Assembly: GCA_043228905.1 (NCBI GenBank)
Contig: JBHGNT010000014.1
Span: 19,344,001 to 19,408,000, forward strand
DNA: 64,000 nt
From: Azolla caroliniana
Taxonomy: Eukaryota > Plantae > Polypodiophyta
Direction: 5' to 3'
The translations under genes were made by a program, and so were the position numbers. The stretch's first letter is position 1, and each line of letters starts with the position of its first letter. A model generated the notes under the pieces. The model had not been told where the DNA came from, did no database searches, and worked only from the letters and a program-made list of their open reading frames with translations. Shown piece after piece: positions 33,701-48,054 of the stretch.

Positions 33701-36700
33701 GTTGCTTAAGAAATTGTAAGGGAACAAAAGTTGGATTTGACAAAAGAGAGCATTATTTTATTAACATGTCACGAGGGTTTGTCTAGTTCCAGGATTTGGC
33801 CTACCATAGGATAACATATGTGCCCCTACGCATTGGACTAATATGCTTTTTCTGTGCATGTGGTAAACCAATTTCTTGAACCAATAGGGAGGCCAACTAG
33901 TGACCACTACATTTACCTAGGGGGTACACGAATGATTTTCAAAAGGAAAATACTTGTTCAATTGACATGGAATATATCTGAATTTCATGACTTTCAAAGC
34001 TAAAAGCAATTAAAGGAGAGTTATCCTATAACATGCATGATGTTTAAACTTTACACTGATGAACTCTTTTCTTGTTTGTAAGTGGGAGGATTATGCTCAT
34101 TCCTTGTGCATCTTCACATATATGGCCTATCCAATATCCATATTTAGGAACCAAAGTATGTGAACCACAAATATCTCACAAACTTATGCTTCAAGTTGCT
34201 TATTTATAGAATTTCCATGTGAAATTGAGATGCATATACATTGAGATTTTCTTTTAACATAAAAGAGGAACTTCTTTTTTATATACATTGAGGTTTTCCT
34301 TGCAATATAAACCAAAGTTTTCAACATCTTAGAATGTATTATAGTAAGTATTGAAACCCTGACACCTCACATTACCTGAAATACCTCACAATAGTAAAAC
34401 ACAAACAACCCAATGTTTCGTACATTTGGTACATATAACAATATTACACATTGGGCAAAGAGAGAAGTTATCTTAGGTAAATACATAATAACAAGAATTT
34501 TGACTCTGCTAGAATAAACACTCGTTGAAGAGAATTTATGTTTGCATGTATCTATCTTCATGCAATCAGCCCTTCCAAAGTTCCATGAGTCGTGGATCCT
34601 CATCTCACATGGATAGTAGTTGGATAGAAATTCATCGAACATTTTATAGGACCATAACGACCATATAAAACTACATGCAAATCAAGACTACAATAACTCA
34701 AATAATGACCAATGAGAAATTATCATTTGTTAACATTGTAATCACTATATATATTTACTTATAATCAAGTTTGCAAGGTCGTGACTATCAATGAGATCTC
34801 ACAATTTTGTAATATGGTTGTCACTATATCGTTCTCATTCCCTATATGGAATGTCAACGATGTCATTCATTTTAGAGGAAACAATTTGTTATTGCAAAAT
34901 TATTAAGGTTTTTTGTCAAAAACATTGCTAGAGATTTTGGGCTCATAACCTTAACACTACAAAACAGAAGCCTTTTAATTTGAATTTAAAATATAATAAC
35001 ATAGTTTCGTGAATAAGTAAGGAATCATTTGTGGATACATATGAAGTCTCATATGCTATGTACAAAGGCTTGTATATAGTGTGCTAATCATACTCACAAT
35101 ATGTACTCTAGCACTTTCTGTATACATATTGTTTTAGTTGGACTAAATCACTATGAAATAGCCATCGTGGTAATATCTATGCACACACACACACACACAC
35201 AAGAATATATCATGATTGATGACCTATATGCCTTGATCTTCGTGAAATACTTCTCCATTCTTACCTATGCATTATTATCATTTCGGTGCGCATTTAATAT
35301 GGAACAACATTTGTTTCGCATGGGGAAGTTGTGGGCGATAAACATCTATAATTCAATTTCAAGTTTATCTCATGGTTCTAGGAAACTAGACTTTACGCCA
35401 AAAAGGTATATATGCCTTCTATCTACCCGAGATCATCATGTTGCATTTCTGTTTATATGTCCAAGTCTCCAGGAACCTTTATCACTAAAACTAGTGGAAT
35501 GCAAGTTCTCACTGTATATATGATATTACAATTTCGAGTTTCATTGACGCATAATTGACATTTGATTCAAAAAAGTTAACACACGGTTTAGAAAAAGAAA
35601 TTAATGTGTTAGATGTGAACATAAATCTCGCGGCCCAAGAAGATTATTGAATACTAGTTGAAAGTAGAACAAAAGGGAGGTGCTATTATGTCAATAGTTT
35701 TTTTGTCTATTTCTACAAAACAAAATAAAAAATCCTTTAGATTTTATCGTTCTAAACTTTTTTCTTTCTCGAGAGAACATAATGGGCATGTGTTTGTTTA
35801 TGTTTCCTCCACTCCCAAGTATGGACTCTTTATTCAATACAATTATAATGTTGTTTTGGAATGTTGCTCGATAGACCCAATATAGAGTGTGATGTCTTGA
35901 TGGATGAGCCAATACACAACCCCAAGATTTTAGCATAATCAAAACAATATAATCTTATCCATGTGCACGCGGAGTTCGCCTCCATTTTAAAGAGAAAAGG
36001 AGAGGCACATGTGCACACACATACATGTGAGAGAATGGTTGTAAAAGGTATGGTCCATTGATTTGCGACATGTAATGCAAGAAAATAGTAGGTATAAGAT
36101 ATTGCCTAAGATGCAATCACATATTGTCAAACTTAGTCGACAATGTTATATATGCATTCACATCTCCTTTTGTAAGATGTTGTCGACGACGGAGATATTA
36201 ATGCATCCCTTGCATCTTCACCGGAGTGGGTTTGTATTCTCAAAGCAATGCATATCTCTTTATATTTTGTAGGGCTCAACTTTATTTCATCATGATATAC
36301 ATGTTTGGAAGAAATAGATAGGTTTATGCAAATAATTGACTGCTTAAAAAGGCAAACCGCATCCTTGCCTTAGTCAACAAATTTTCAATATGGGTTTTTT
36401 TGTCAAGTGGATCTATTGTAATGTCGAAACACGCACACACACATTCACTCTCAAGATAATATATTCACCTTGACCTTTAGTATTACTTTGACTAAATTTA
36501 GTTTATTAGCTATACCTTTCTAATCGTAAAGGTTCATAGGTTGATGTGATGATATCTCGCTTCTAATTACTTTTGACACTGAATTTCTATTGTGTTTAAA
36601 TGAGAATAAATTGGGATTCAACTAGCTGGTACAAGCCCCTCTCTTTATGTCTAGTCCAGGCATGATTTTTAGCCTTAGTTTGGCATGGCTGAGTAATCCT

Positions 36701-37553
36701 GAACTCACATAAGTTGCAAGGTTTAACTATTTAACCACATTAAAATTGAATTAGAATTGTCACATAACGATTGCACTCTCAAAGTGCCAACCTCTATTTT
36801 AATAGAGTGATGCTTCATGACAAGTAGTTCTTGTTATACCAAAAAGATACATTAGAACAAAAATCACACAACCTTTAACTCTACCTTACCTTATGTTATG
36901 TAATATGGACAAATTGTTTGGATAGAAACTATTTTTGCGTTTAAGTATTTTGATGTGACAAATTAGCATGACCATATAGACAATAATGAAAATAATGACA
37001 CTCATATATGTGCAACTACAACAATGAGGAGCAATTTTGTAATTGTGCATTGACATGATGCACTAGACATCTAAAGTAAAAATTTGCAAAAGTCTAGATT
37101 ACTATCGAAAATTGGTACTTGACTACTATTCTGCATGTAAAATTTCAAACTACCTAACTCGATCAAAGATCCATAAGAATAGGCTCAATTAGGAATTCAG
37201 GACTATTTTGGATTCGTTGTCATATTCTATTGGTACATTGTTTATTTTTTAGAAGTGACTTTTTCAACTATCCCAATATCAAATGATTCCTTGGCCTATG
37301 CATAATGTATGTAGTAAGATCGTTACTTCCATTATGATGTTTCAACATCTTTACTGTACAAATCAAGTGTCACTAGAAATTTTCGTGATGATGGAATTGG
37401 ATCATATTTTAACATGACTTCAAGGACACTTGATTGAAAAGAAGGTTGTGCTCCAAATATCACTCCATTTGATAATGTATGAGTGGCTTGCAAGCAATAA
37501 AACTGCATGATTTAGCCACCTCATAATTCTTGCTTTCTTGATACCAAACTTGA

Positions 37554-38567
37554 CTAAGGATTGTAGAGTTTTCCATGACATTGGCATTTCCAAGATAATG
37601 GGTAGTACTCTGAAGCAATTGATGGTGAGTTTATATGGATGGGAACAAGCACTGTCCTACAAGGGTTGCAATTGCTGCATCTTTGAGAACAATTTGGTGG
37701 AGATGACCCTACTAGGGTTCTTGTCAGTGATACTTGACTGCTTACAATATCATTGCTCACCTTTAGAAATATTATAAATCATAGTAATGTTAGATCTTCA
37801 TTTCCTATTTAAAGGACACATAGGATCATTATAAATAAGCTGTCTATATCAGGAATACATTACATGACAACTATCCATGAATAATTATGTGCATCTCTTT
37901 TCCAATTCATTGTAAATTCCATATAGATGGTAACATTTTGCATATATTATGAATGCCTAAAACAATGGGATAAAAATCCCCTTCGAGATAAAATGCACTA
38001 CATGCTACAACTACATATTTACTATAATTTTCAATCTCAAACTACGAAGGACCTATGAGTGCTATGTTCATGATTTGTAGACAAAGTTCGAGGGAAATAA
38101 TGGATTGAGGATGTTAATGAATTTGTGTGAACAAATTATTTTACAAAAGCAAAATCACAATACTTTAACAACATAAGGAAAGAGAGCAAGAGACACTAAA
38201 AAATTCCATGAAATGTGAACGAGGCATAAAAAGAGAGATAATTGTAAGTTCTCACTTACCGAATCTTTGGGCAAGGATGTCCAATGTAGAGTTAAAAGAT
38301 GCCTCCTTTCATTGTGAATTCTTATGGCTGCAAATAATAATCAATTCAACTTTAAGCTCAAAGAGTTAATAACCTAGACTTGCATTATAGGGGGGGGGGG
38401 GGGGGGGGAGAGATCTTACCAAGAGAGGATTGAAGTTGTGTGATCTCAAAAATGATGAGGAACCAAAATATAACATAATTTGAGAAGTGGGTCGATGATG
38501 TTCTGCAGCTGAGTGGAGGGGTTTGTGGACTAAAGAATGAATTATAGCATTTAGAGTGGAGTAACAT
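37554..38567 (-). CDS. EPFL: EPIDERMAL PATTERNING FACTOR-like (EPFL4/5/6, CHALLAH-type) secreted cysteine-rich peptide precursor, 3 exons, ~140 aa
   Basis: Exons 38567-38420, 38327-38260 and 37760-37554 with GTAAG donors, AG acceptors and consistent phase. Hydrophobic YVIFWFLIIF signal-like segment. Mature domain GSSPPNCSQRCSNCNPCRTVLVPIH...EYYPLSWKCQCHGKLYNP has the six EPF-family cysteines. Confidence 0.92.
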
Positions 38568-41500
38568 TGAGAGAGAGAGGGAGAGAGGAGAGAGGAGAGG
38601 AATTGGATGAATTGTAGAAGAAGATGATATTGGAAGATGAATATATGTATATTGCCAATTGCAAGGGGGTAGGAGACAAAAGGTTTTTTGAGATTTGACC
38701 TCTTGGTGAGTTAATAAATGAAGGTTGGCATTTTTATGTACAAATCTTGTAGAAAGACTAAGACAAGCAAGACCAACTTTGTGTCTCTATATACATATAT
38801 CTTCTTTTTTTAACACTCCAAACATTATATATACCTTCTACAAAAGTCAACATTCAACAAAGCAAAAGCCATTTTCATCTATCCTATATAAGTACCTAGT
38901 ACTCTAACCTAAGTACACCATTCCAATCCCACCATATAAGGTTCGTATACCCTCCTCCATGTGCATGTCCACATCCATGTCCATGTCCAAGGCTAAATGC
39001 TCGCATCACCACCTTCCGACAACGTGTCTCCATGCCATGCCACCCAATTTCCGATTTTAGGGCTACTAAGCTAAACACATATATTAATTTCTAGCTAGAG
39101 ACAATAATTCTACTTTGTACATACAAATTTTACTTGCATATACTTTTTGCCAACGAACTTGGGAAAAAACAAAGGCATGGTATGCTATTTAAACTCACCT
39201 CAGTATAGTTAAAGTATGTCATTGTACCTTAGATTGTTATATGATAGAAAAATGTGTGCCCTATACACATGAGCCTAAACTAGGTCAAGAACGCATCGCA
39301 TTCATCGGGCAACCTTGGTTCAATATTGTCAAAGGTACATAGTCCTTCGTATATTCCAGAGATCATGTACTTACATATTATATTCTGGTTTTTTACTCTT
39401 ATCAAATCGATCATCCTCTCTTATGATGTAGGACCCAAGTGTGACAAGGCATGTTACTAGGGAGGTTTGGTGAGGTTATAATTTTTACCTATGTCTCACA
39501 TGATGCCTAACATGTTCTATTGCCAAGGCAGCATGGGGTAGTGTGTGTTAAGATGCGAGCAAAGGACCTACTTTGACATGTGTCTTTTACTAAGAGGGAC
39601 TTCAAGGTTCAAAGTTAAAGATATCAATGTTTGACTTAGACCATCAAAGTAGGCAGCATTGTTATGGGTTTTAAACGCTACTTCCATACATGTATGAGGA
39701 AAAATAAGGATAGACGAGTGCTTTGAACAAAAATACTTGGAACAAACATGTAGGAGAAGTGTTGATTTTCTACTTGAATAGAGCTTTAGGCCGATGTTGG
39801 CATAGTTCCTTGCAAAAGATCCAACAACATAGAGAGATATTACTAAAAACACAACATAATAAAACCTTTCGACGCACAATGTATTGCAATGCAAGCAATG
39901 AAAAGATCATCATGGATCTGACAACAATAATCCAAAGGCATTAGAGTAGATTGAATAATAACATTGTGATTATACACACGAGCCACATGCATATCATGAT
40001 GTCTCCTTAACATTTTTTGTATCAACAAAACAAATATATCGGCACAATAGGTTTGCATTCCTCTTAGTGGAGATCTCTCCATGTTGAACTAGTGTATGTT
40101 GGAGATCTTCAGAAATTAGGAAACTGGAATACTAATTTTATTGGAAATTGAGCTTCCACCCTTCCATTAGCCTCTGTGTGTTTGTGTATGTGAGAGAGAT
40201 AGAGACAGCTCGACAGAGACAACAAGACAAGAGGTGGCAAATAATATATTCCTATGTACATCATGCGCATATCTGTCACTACTTGAACAGATAGTATAAC
40301 ACATGTGCATATCTAACAACATGTGCATTAGACATGCTACTAGGTTAATTAAAACGCAAGAAAGTGGAGTTTGATTATACATGATAAATGGATTTGTCAC
40401 AACTTGTAAACATCAATACATAGTTAGAGCTATGTTAGATTATACCAATGGATTCTTATATGCATTTGAAACTCATCACATCATTCTTACATAAGCATAC
40501 AATAATCCTCAACATATTATGATTAGTTATGATTCTTGATAGTGTGATAAGACACATTTGTTAAAGGGAGTGTGTGGCAAGTCGTATTATACAAGGTCGA
40601 TAAACAAGGGCGTGTTTGAGCCATTATAAAGAGGGGAGAGGGCTGATTTGGTAAAAATCTCAACATGAGAATGCAAATTACTCTTTTCTACTTGTTTGCT
40701 TTAGCTCAACTTAATAAATTCTTTCTTTATTTGATTGAAAAGAAGAGTTGGCATAGTCAGTCATCTTTTCCCATAATTTTTTGAATCAAGTCTCGAAAGT
40801 TCTTTCACATGGGAATTCAAAGTTTACATATTTTTTTGTTTGTTTCACATTCTGAATTATGTGGATTGATTTATGTATTTTGGAATAATATATCCACTAA
40901 AGTAATTTTTTTATTGCTAGTGTATGTTTTGTTTTATTACTAAAGAATAAATTGCATGATTATAGTTATAAAATACTATGTTTCGTTTTATTATTAAACA
41001 ATAAGTTGCATGATCAAGGTCATAATTTTGTGGGCATGACATGTACCTTTTTAAGATATATTGATGCTTTTTTTATTTGTGTATATTGAGATTGGATTTA
41101 TTCAAGTGATACAAAACAAAGGTTTGATATGATTCGATAGAATAGCATGTTATAAGAAAATTTTATAGTGACCGAATGAATGTTGTGGATGAGACTTATG
41201 TGATAACATGGTTTATGGATGATATTACAGTGTAAAAAGTTCCCCTCGTTGACAATTGGTGGTTGTTTCAAGACAATGTGAACATATCTCCTAGTTTCTT
41301 ACCCTAGGGACAAAGTTCCTAAAGATTGGAAAACCGTAACATATCGCATTATCATGTCAACATTTACAGCAAACATGCAAAGATCATTCAAACGTAAGGG
41401 AGCATAATTTGACAAAATGTTTTATTCATGACATGTGTGTGTGTGGGGGGGGGGGGGGGGGGGGGGGGGGGAGATTTTGTGCAATGGCATCCTCCACAAG

Positions 41501-41924
41501 AAAGGGGATGTGCCAATTCATTACAAATGTAGGTTTTGGCAACATCAAGTTTGTTGAGATGGGAAGGTAAACAAGAACTAAACCTTCAAAAATATTGGAT
41601 GGTTACATAACCCTCGTGTAAAGAATCGGATATGATTCTTGTGTAGTGGAAGAGATGTGTGTTATGTGTAAGAGAAAAAAGATGAGAGAAGAGAAACACG
41701 AGATAGATAAGCTAGAGATGAAATACTCAAGAAGAAGGTGTATATTCACAAGGAGAATACCAAATACAAAATGTAGCATTACAAGGAGTCATAACCAACT
41801 TAGTATGAAGTAGGAGAAGGGTGCTTTATATAAGGTTACCCTCTCTCTTCATTAACACTACAACAACTACTCTCTCTTAGGGAATATGAAGACTCATAAT
41901 CATGGGGAATATGGAACTCATTAG

Positions 41925-42100
41925 TTATATATGTATGTATGTATATGTATGTCACTGTGTATATATATATACATAGATTGACCCATGCGTAATATACGTG
42001 GTATTCGACGTCCGCAATATTCGAGAATATAAATCGGCCCCAAGAATATTATAAAACCATTCGTTTACATATACATGTACACACAAAAATATATGATATA

Positions 42101-42133
<33 letters not shown>

Positions 42134-42320
42134 GATATATACATATACACACATACATCAATAATTAATTAACTCACTAATATAATAATTAATTAATTCA
42201 CTTAAACATTAATTGATTCACTATACATTAATTAATTTACTAATACATATCTTAATTCATCAAAAAATTAATTAATTCATTGAAAAATATTAGTTAATTA
42301 ATTAATAATTAATTAATTAG
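41925..42320. repeat. (TATG)n/(TACA)n microsatellites and TTAA-rich low-complexity tract
   Basis: Directly visible. Confidence 0.85.
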
Positions 42321-43718
42321 GGCTTCTCCTAAACTTAGCTAAACTTAGGGTTTCCATGAAAGTCTGAGTTTGCAGTAGAGAACAAGATGTAGGATTAGAA
42401 TAGAGCATGAGAGGGAGTCAAGGACGCGGGCTGAAAAGAAAGAAAACTCTTGAAACTAGGATTATTATAGAAATTAGGGTTTTCAGCCGAAACCCTAATT
42501 TCTTAGCCGAGAACAAGATGCAGAGGGAAGCGAGGGCAACACGTAGAGGGAGTAGGGTGAGGCTTCCTCGCTCGTTGCTCACTGTTCATTCACTCGCTCA
42601 CAGGGAAAAAATAGGTTTTTATTTTTTATTTTTTATTTTTTTATAAAAAATTCCAAAAAAGAAAGAAAACGAACACCAACCTGCCTTGATCATATTGAAC
42701 CACCGGGTAATGGGCTTACGAAAACCCCATATCTTTATAACCCTTTCTTCCATCCACTTATGTTTATCATTAAACTTGTGATAAGCATCATTTGTTAATA
42801 TCACAGTCAATTTCCTATTTCCAACAAATGTCAAATCAAGTTCTTGAGATCCCCTCCATCTAAATCAGGATTTGGCTCATAGGATGATAATAATACTTGC
42901 TACTTCTCCTAGATAAAGGTATAACCTCTTGGAATATAAAAATGGCAATCTTATTGTTCAAAAGGTCATTAATCTTCTTTGTGACACCAACATAGCCTCC
43001 TTGATTGTTACCAAAGCCTTGGGGATGCATGAAACAAAAGAAACATTGCTAGAGGAATGTGTTTCTTTTGTTCGGTGGAATTGGAGCATAATAGGGATCA
43101 ATTTATTTCATGTTTGATGGTTAGAATGGTTTGGACGTGTATCAATTTAGTGTGGATGTCTTTGACTAGAATAAAACTATCTTCATTCAATTGGGTTTTG
43201 GCACATATGAAGAAAAATGGAGTAATACCTCATTTCCAATTTATTTTTGAGTTCTTGAGGTATTGGGGGCTATGGTGTCACGAAATCTCACCCATGAAGA
43301 GCACCAACTTTGCAAGGTCACATATAAGCTATTTGACATTTGTGTAGGCTGGGATTGAGTTTGTAGCAATAATAACAGTATTTAGATGCCTAGAAGAGTT
43401 CTATATTTTGTTGTAAGTTAGTCATGGTGGTGTTTTTTCTTTCATAATGAAAACCATTATTTAAACGAAGAGAGAGAGAGAGAGAGAGTAATAGTTAGGA
43501 ATCAGGATTCTACACTCTTCATATGTTAGGAAGTGCTCTTGTTATTTGTAATTTTATTTTATTTTCCAAATAAGAATATACTCCATTAGTTAAAATGACA
43601 TACAATACAGAACTTTAGTCATTATCTACTTCCATATGGGCTACCTCACTTATTTATCTTACACTCAATAGCCCACATGTTTGTTCTCCATGTTTTTCAT
43701 GTCATTCACGCCCCTCTA

Positions 43719-46700
43719 TCATCTAATGGGAGGGGGGAACAACCATCTCGGTACTACGTATTGCCACCGTATATCCACTCCAATTTCTGCAGCCGTCGGT
43801 GTAGTACACCATCGTTTTCTGAAATTCAACCTCATTAATTCTGAAGCATCATTTGTTCCATCAATCCGCTCATATTGGGCTCTCAATGTAGTTATTAATG
43901 TGTGCCATATTAGCTTAATAGATTCAGTTGGAGGCCATTTGTTTGCTGAAAATACCCTGGTACATCTTGTGGTCCAGATGTTCCATATGAAAATGGGTGC
44001 AAGCAACATCCATAGATCTCCAACTTTTTGCTTCTGGGCATTACTTGTAGGTGCACTGTTATCAGTGATCAATTGAATAGTTCCATTCTGCCCTCTGTAC
44101 ATTGCTTTGCATGTCCTATCAAATTTTTCCACATCATCATCAAGACAGTTCCAATAAGCATGTCCCCATTTGAGGGTAAATGAGCTAGAGGCATGACATA
44201 GCAATCGTAATGCCCTTCTCCATACAATCGTTGCCTCATGACATTCCCATAGACAATGGGAAATGTTTTCTGGTTGTCCACATGCACTACATCTAGGATC
44301 TACATTGGGGCCTTTAGCCCATGCCCTACCGGCAAGGCTCTATGCACAATAAGCCATAAGCACATCATTATCTTGCAGTCACCACTATCATGCCATATCA
44401 TTTTCCAGAATTTAGCTAATCTCCTATCACTAATGCCCTCTTGTATCCAAAATTTACAAGCTGCAATATCTTTGTGTTCTTGTTTTAGTATAATTTGCCT
44501 CCTGATTTTCCTGTTGTACTTGAAAATTTGAACCAACTTGGCACCATCAATTTGTCCTTGAGTTCTCCAGAAATACATCGTTGGGTCCCATGATAGCTGA
44601 TTTGAATGCCCTTCTATCGGCCAACACACTGTCGTTGGTTTGAGCTCACTCAGCTTGGGGTCAACTATCATATCATTTCCATTTTTTGTAGGCAACCAAA
44701 TCGGCCTTTCAGTTTGATAGGTTGGTTGCTCACATATCACCATTCTATGCTCTATTTTGTAGTAGCATGCATCATTAGATCCTGCTTTCATTCCCTTAAT
44801 TCCAATTAGATAATTTTCAGCATCGATAAGTCCCGTCCATTCAATTTCAGAGGGACTTATGGCTTCATCTTCCAAGATTTGCTCGTTGCATGCAATGGCA
44901 TATGTAATCCTCATTAACATGCATTTACCCTTGTTTATCCTCCATATTCTAGCCTTTTGAGTGCCCACATCATTACATAGAAATCTCTTCCAATCTGCCA
45001 ATGTATTCCCTTGGGCAATGATTAAATTGGCCCATTTGAAGCCTGCTTTTTGTCCTATCATCAACCCATCCACATCTCTAATTAGTGGGTTCCAAACAAT
45101 AGGCATGTACATTCAGGCATATGCATCATTGCTCCACCTACAAACGATTCCCTTTCTTATTCCTTGCCATGCCTTCATAATTCCAACAACACATATACTC
45201 TGTGTACATCCCCGGTATTTGGGTCGCACTTCAGGCACAAACCCCCAAAAAGCGTTACTTGGCCAACTTCCACCTTGTTTTGGCAACCACATCTTCCATC
45301 TGCGTCGCTAGAGAATTTTCCAAGGTGCCTCAGGTGGTTGCAAGCTCCTGACCACCAATTTGCCTAGCAATGCCTTCGTTTGCACCACAGGATCTATTGG
45401 CCCCACCCCACCTTCACTTTTATCTTTTATGAGTGTGGTCCATGCAACCTTTGCACGAGCATGTTTTCCCTCAATGCCCCCTATAAGAAATTTTTTATCA
45501 ACCTTTTTATCACTTTCATCGACTTGGGTGCGATTATCCAACATGCTACAGTATGCCATATTGTGGCCATTAGCACCTGATTTGCAATCACAATCTTGGC
45601 TGCAAAGGATAGTTTTCTTGTATTCCACCATATTAGCTTCACTTTTATTTTGTCCACAAGTAGATTGCAGTGTTCTGAGCGATCAATGTACAACCCAATT
45701 TTGAAACCCAAGTATCTAGTAGCTTCTCCTCTCCTCAACCATTTGAAATTAGAGTCTGGAGCCCAATTTACCACATGCTTATTGCTAATCCAAATGCCCA
45801 CTAATTTATTCCAGTTTATTTTAGCACCTGATCCCCTACAAAACTCATTTATTGCACTTTGCAGTCTGTCCAAGTTGTTTGCATCCCCCTTAACGTAGGT
45901 TGTTGTATCATCAGCATATTCTGTATCAAGCATCATTCCTACATCCTCAGGTAAGGGAAGGCCTTGTATTTGCCAATATCTATCACCAATCTAATAATGC
46001 AAAGCTTCTACTGCAATAATGAATAGGTACGGGGCCAATGGGCATCCTTGGCGTACTGATCGTGTCATCCGAAAGCTCTTCCCCAAGCTTCCAACCATTA
46101 AAACTTGGCTGGAAGCATCCCTGTAAAAGGTAGCCAATCCAAGGATCCATTGTTGCTTGAAGCCTAGGGCATCATCACTGCTTCTAGGAATTCCCATGAG
46201 ATCCTATCATAGTAACATTACTGCTAGGTCCACTCCTTGCTCCTCCGCCCATGCTGAATACTCCCAGAAAGTTATCACATTGTCAACAATGCTCCAGTTT
46301 TTCATGAAGCTAGTTCGCGTAGTATGTATTATGTCCCCTATGACCATTTTCAATTGACTACTTACAACTTTAGCCATGATCTTGTAGGCATTAGTGAGAA
46401 TCGTCAATTGTCACCAATTATCAAGCATTGTTAGATCTTTTCCATCATTGGGAATTAAATAGATCATTCCTCTACACATTGTTGGAGGTATTAAACCTTC
46501 TGCCATAATGTATTGCATCCCTTCCAACATGTCATCCTTAATTAGATCCCAGTATTTGATGTAAAAATATATAGGGAGTTCATCAATACCTACACAACTT
46601 TGTTTGTTCATATCTGAAATTGCATCCCACAATTCCTGCATACATATAGGGGTATTTAGACGGTCCATCATCTGAGCAGTAACTCTCTTCGGTATCTTGT

Positions 46701-48053
46701 TTATTATATTTCTAAAGGCATCCTACTCAATATGTTCCTCCTTGCATACATTCAGTAGTTGCATATAATGGCCCGTAGCCATTTCAAGCATTTCCTCCTC
46801 GCACGTGGTCATTGTGCCATTTGTCATTTTCAAACATGAAGGTTGAGTCCTAGAGCCTTTACATTTTACAGCTTCAAAAAACCCTTTTGTAACACGGTCT
46901 CCTACCCTCATCCAACTTGCTGCTTTACTTCGATAGGCATTAGTAGTCCTTAGTTTTTGCTACATATCCAGTTTGCATTTTGCCTCCTCTAGTCCGACCT
47001 CAATCCATACATTATTCGGGTATTGTTCTCTTAGTCGATGCATAGAAGTGAGTATCCATTGCATTCTCTGTAGTTTCTCCTTCATCTCTTTTCTAATTTC
47101 AAATGCTTTCTTCAGAAAGAAACATGCACATTCCTCAATTTTCCTAGCCAGCCTATGAGCGGGATCATGATACATCCATTTGACCTTAGACCATAGTCTT
47201 CTTATGTCTTATGTCTTAGTCCATTTATTGTCCATAACCAACTCCTTGCTCACCTTCACATTATGTGGATTGCATCGAATGTTTTCTTTTATATGCAACA
47301 GGACTGGTGCATGGTCTGAGAACATCGTTCCCGGACAAATTATGCATTTGCCTTTCATATCGATGAGCCAAGGTCCAAATACCATATGTCTGGCTTGGAC
47401 ATTGTCCTCCCATGCACGCTTCCTCCTACTCTAGAGTATATAAGAGATTTTTCTTTTTGCATCTGAAAGTTAGGTGCGTTCCAACAATCTATCACATTAT
47501 ATGCTAAACAAAACTTATCGCATGCATCTTTTTCTGCCCCTTGCACCGTGCCAGTTTCATTTCCGCTTCTATCTTCTTGTTGCTCCACTATATTAAAATC
47601 TCCTCCAATGATCCTCAAATCTACATCCGGTTTCTTGTCCACTAGTTGCAACCAGAATTTCTTTCTTTCGGCAACTAAATTTGGGGCATATATGTTCAGT
47701 ATGCCCAAGTGCCCATATATGTGTTTTATCCTTATATAGACATCACGACCCTTTATTAAACACCCTTTGCCTGTGAATGTTGCATTATAATTAGCTTTCA
47801 TTGCTATGAGTACTCCCCCATGAATCTATTTGTACCCCGTAGTTGTCAACCATGTATTGGTCCAACTCCCAGGGCAAATGTTTCCAATTTTGTTGATCTT
47901 ATCCCCATCTAGATGGTGCTCTTGCACCATGATAACATCAGGCACAATTGCCTCAGTGCATCGTTGAATTTCAGCAGCTAATACATTCTTCCTCACGTGG
48001 AATTGGCCGCCACTAATTCCTTGTATATTCCATGTTAGCAAGCTAAGATTCAT
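43719..48053 (-). pseudogene. LINE ORF2 (AP endonuclease, RT, zf-RVT region), many stops and frameshifts
   Basis: LSLLTWNIQG, VQEHH, NIYAPN, IIGGDFN, SDH, RSVRQGCPLAPYLF, EYADDT, YLG, C-terminal IW.IW..RC..VF. ATG at 48053 lies 1 nt after the ORF1 stop. Confidence 0.92.
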
Positions 48054-48054
48054 T

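Noticed and set aside
39560-40100. Possible decayed transposase exons (also ~34370-34640 and ~42670-43350)
   Set aside because: Only vague similarity and no diagnostic motif. A translated search would be needed.
41444-41472. Poly-G runs (also 38389-38408) as G-quadruplex elements
   Set aside because: Simple homopolymers of uncertain assembled length, with no evidence of function.
41642-41862. Solo LTR or CACTA-like MITE (TGTAGTG...CACTACA)
   Set aside because: Composition is LTR-like, but I found no matching TSD and the inverted match is only 7 bp.
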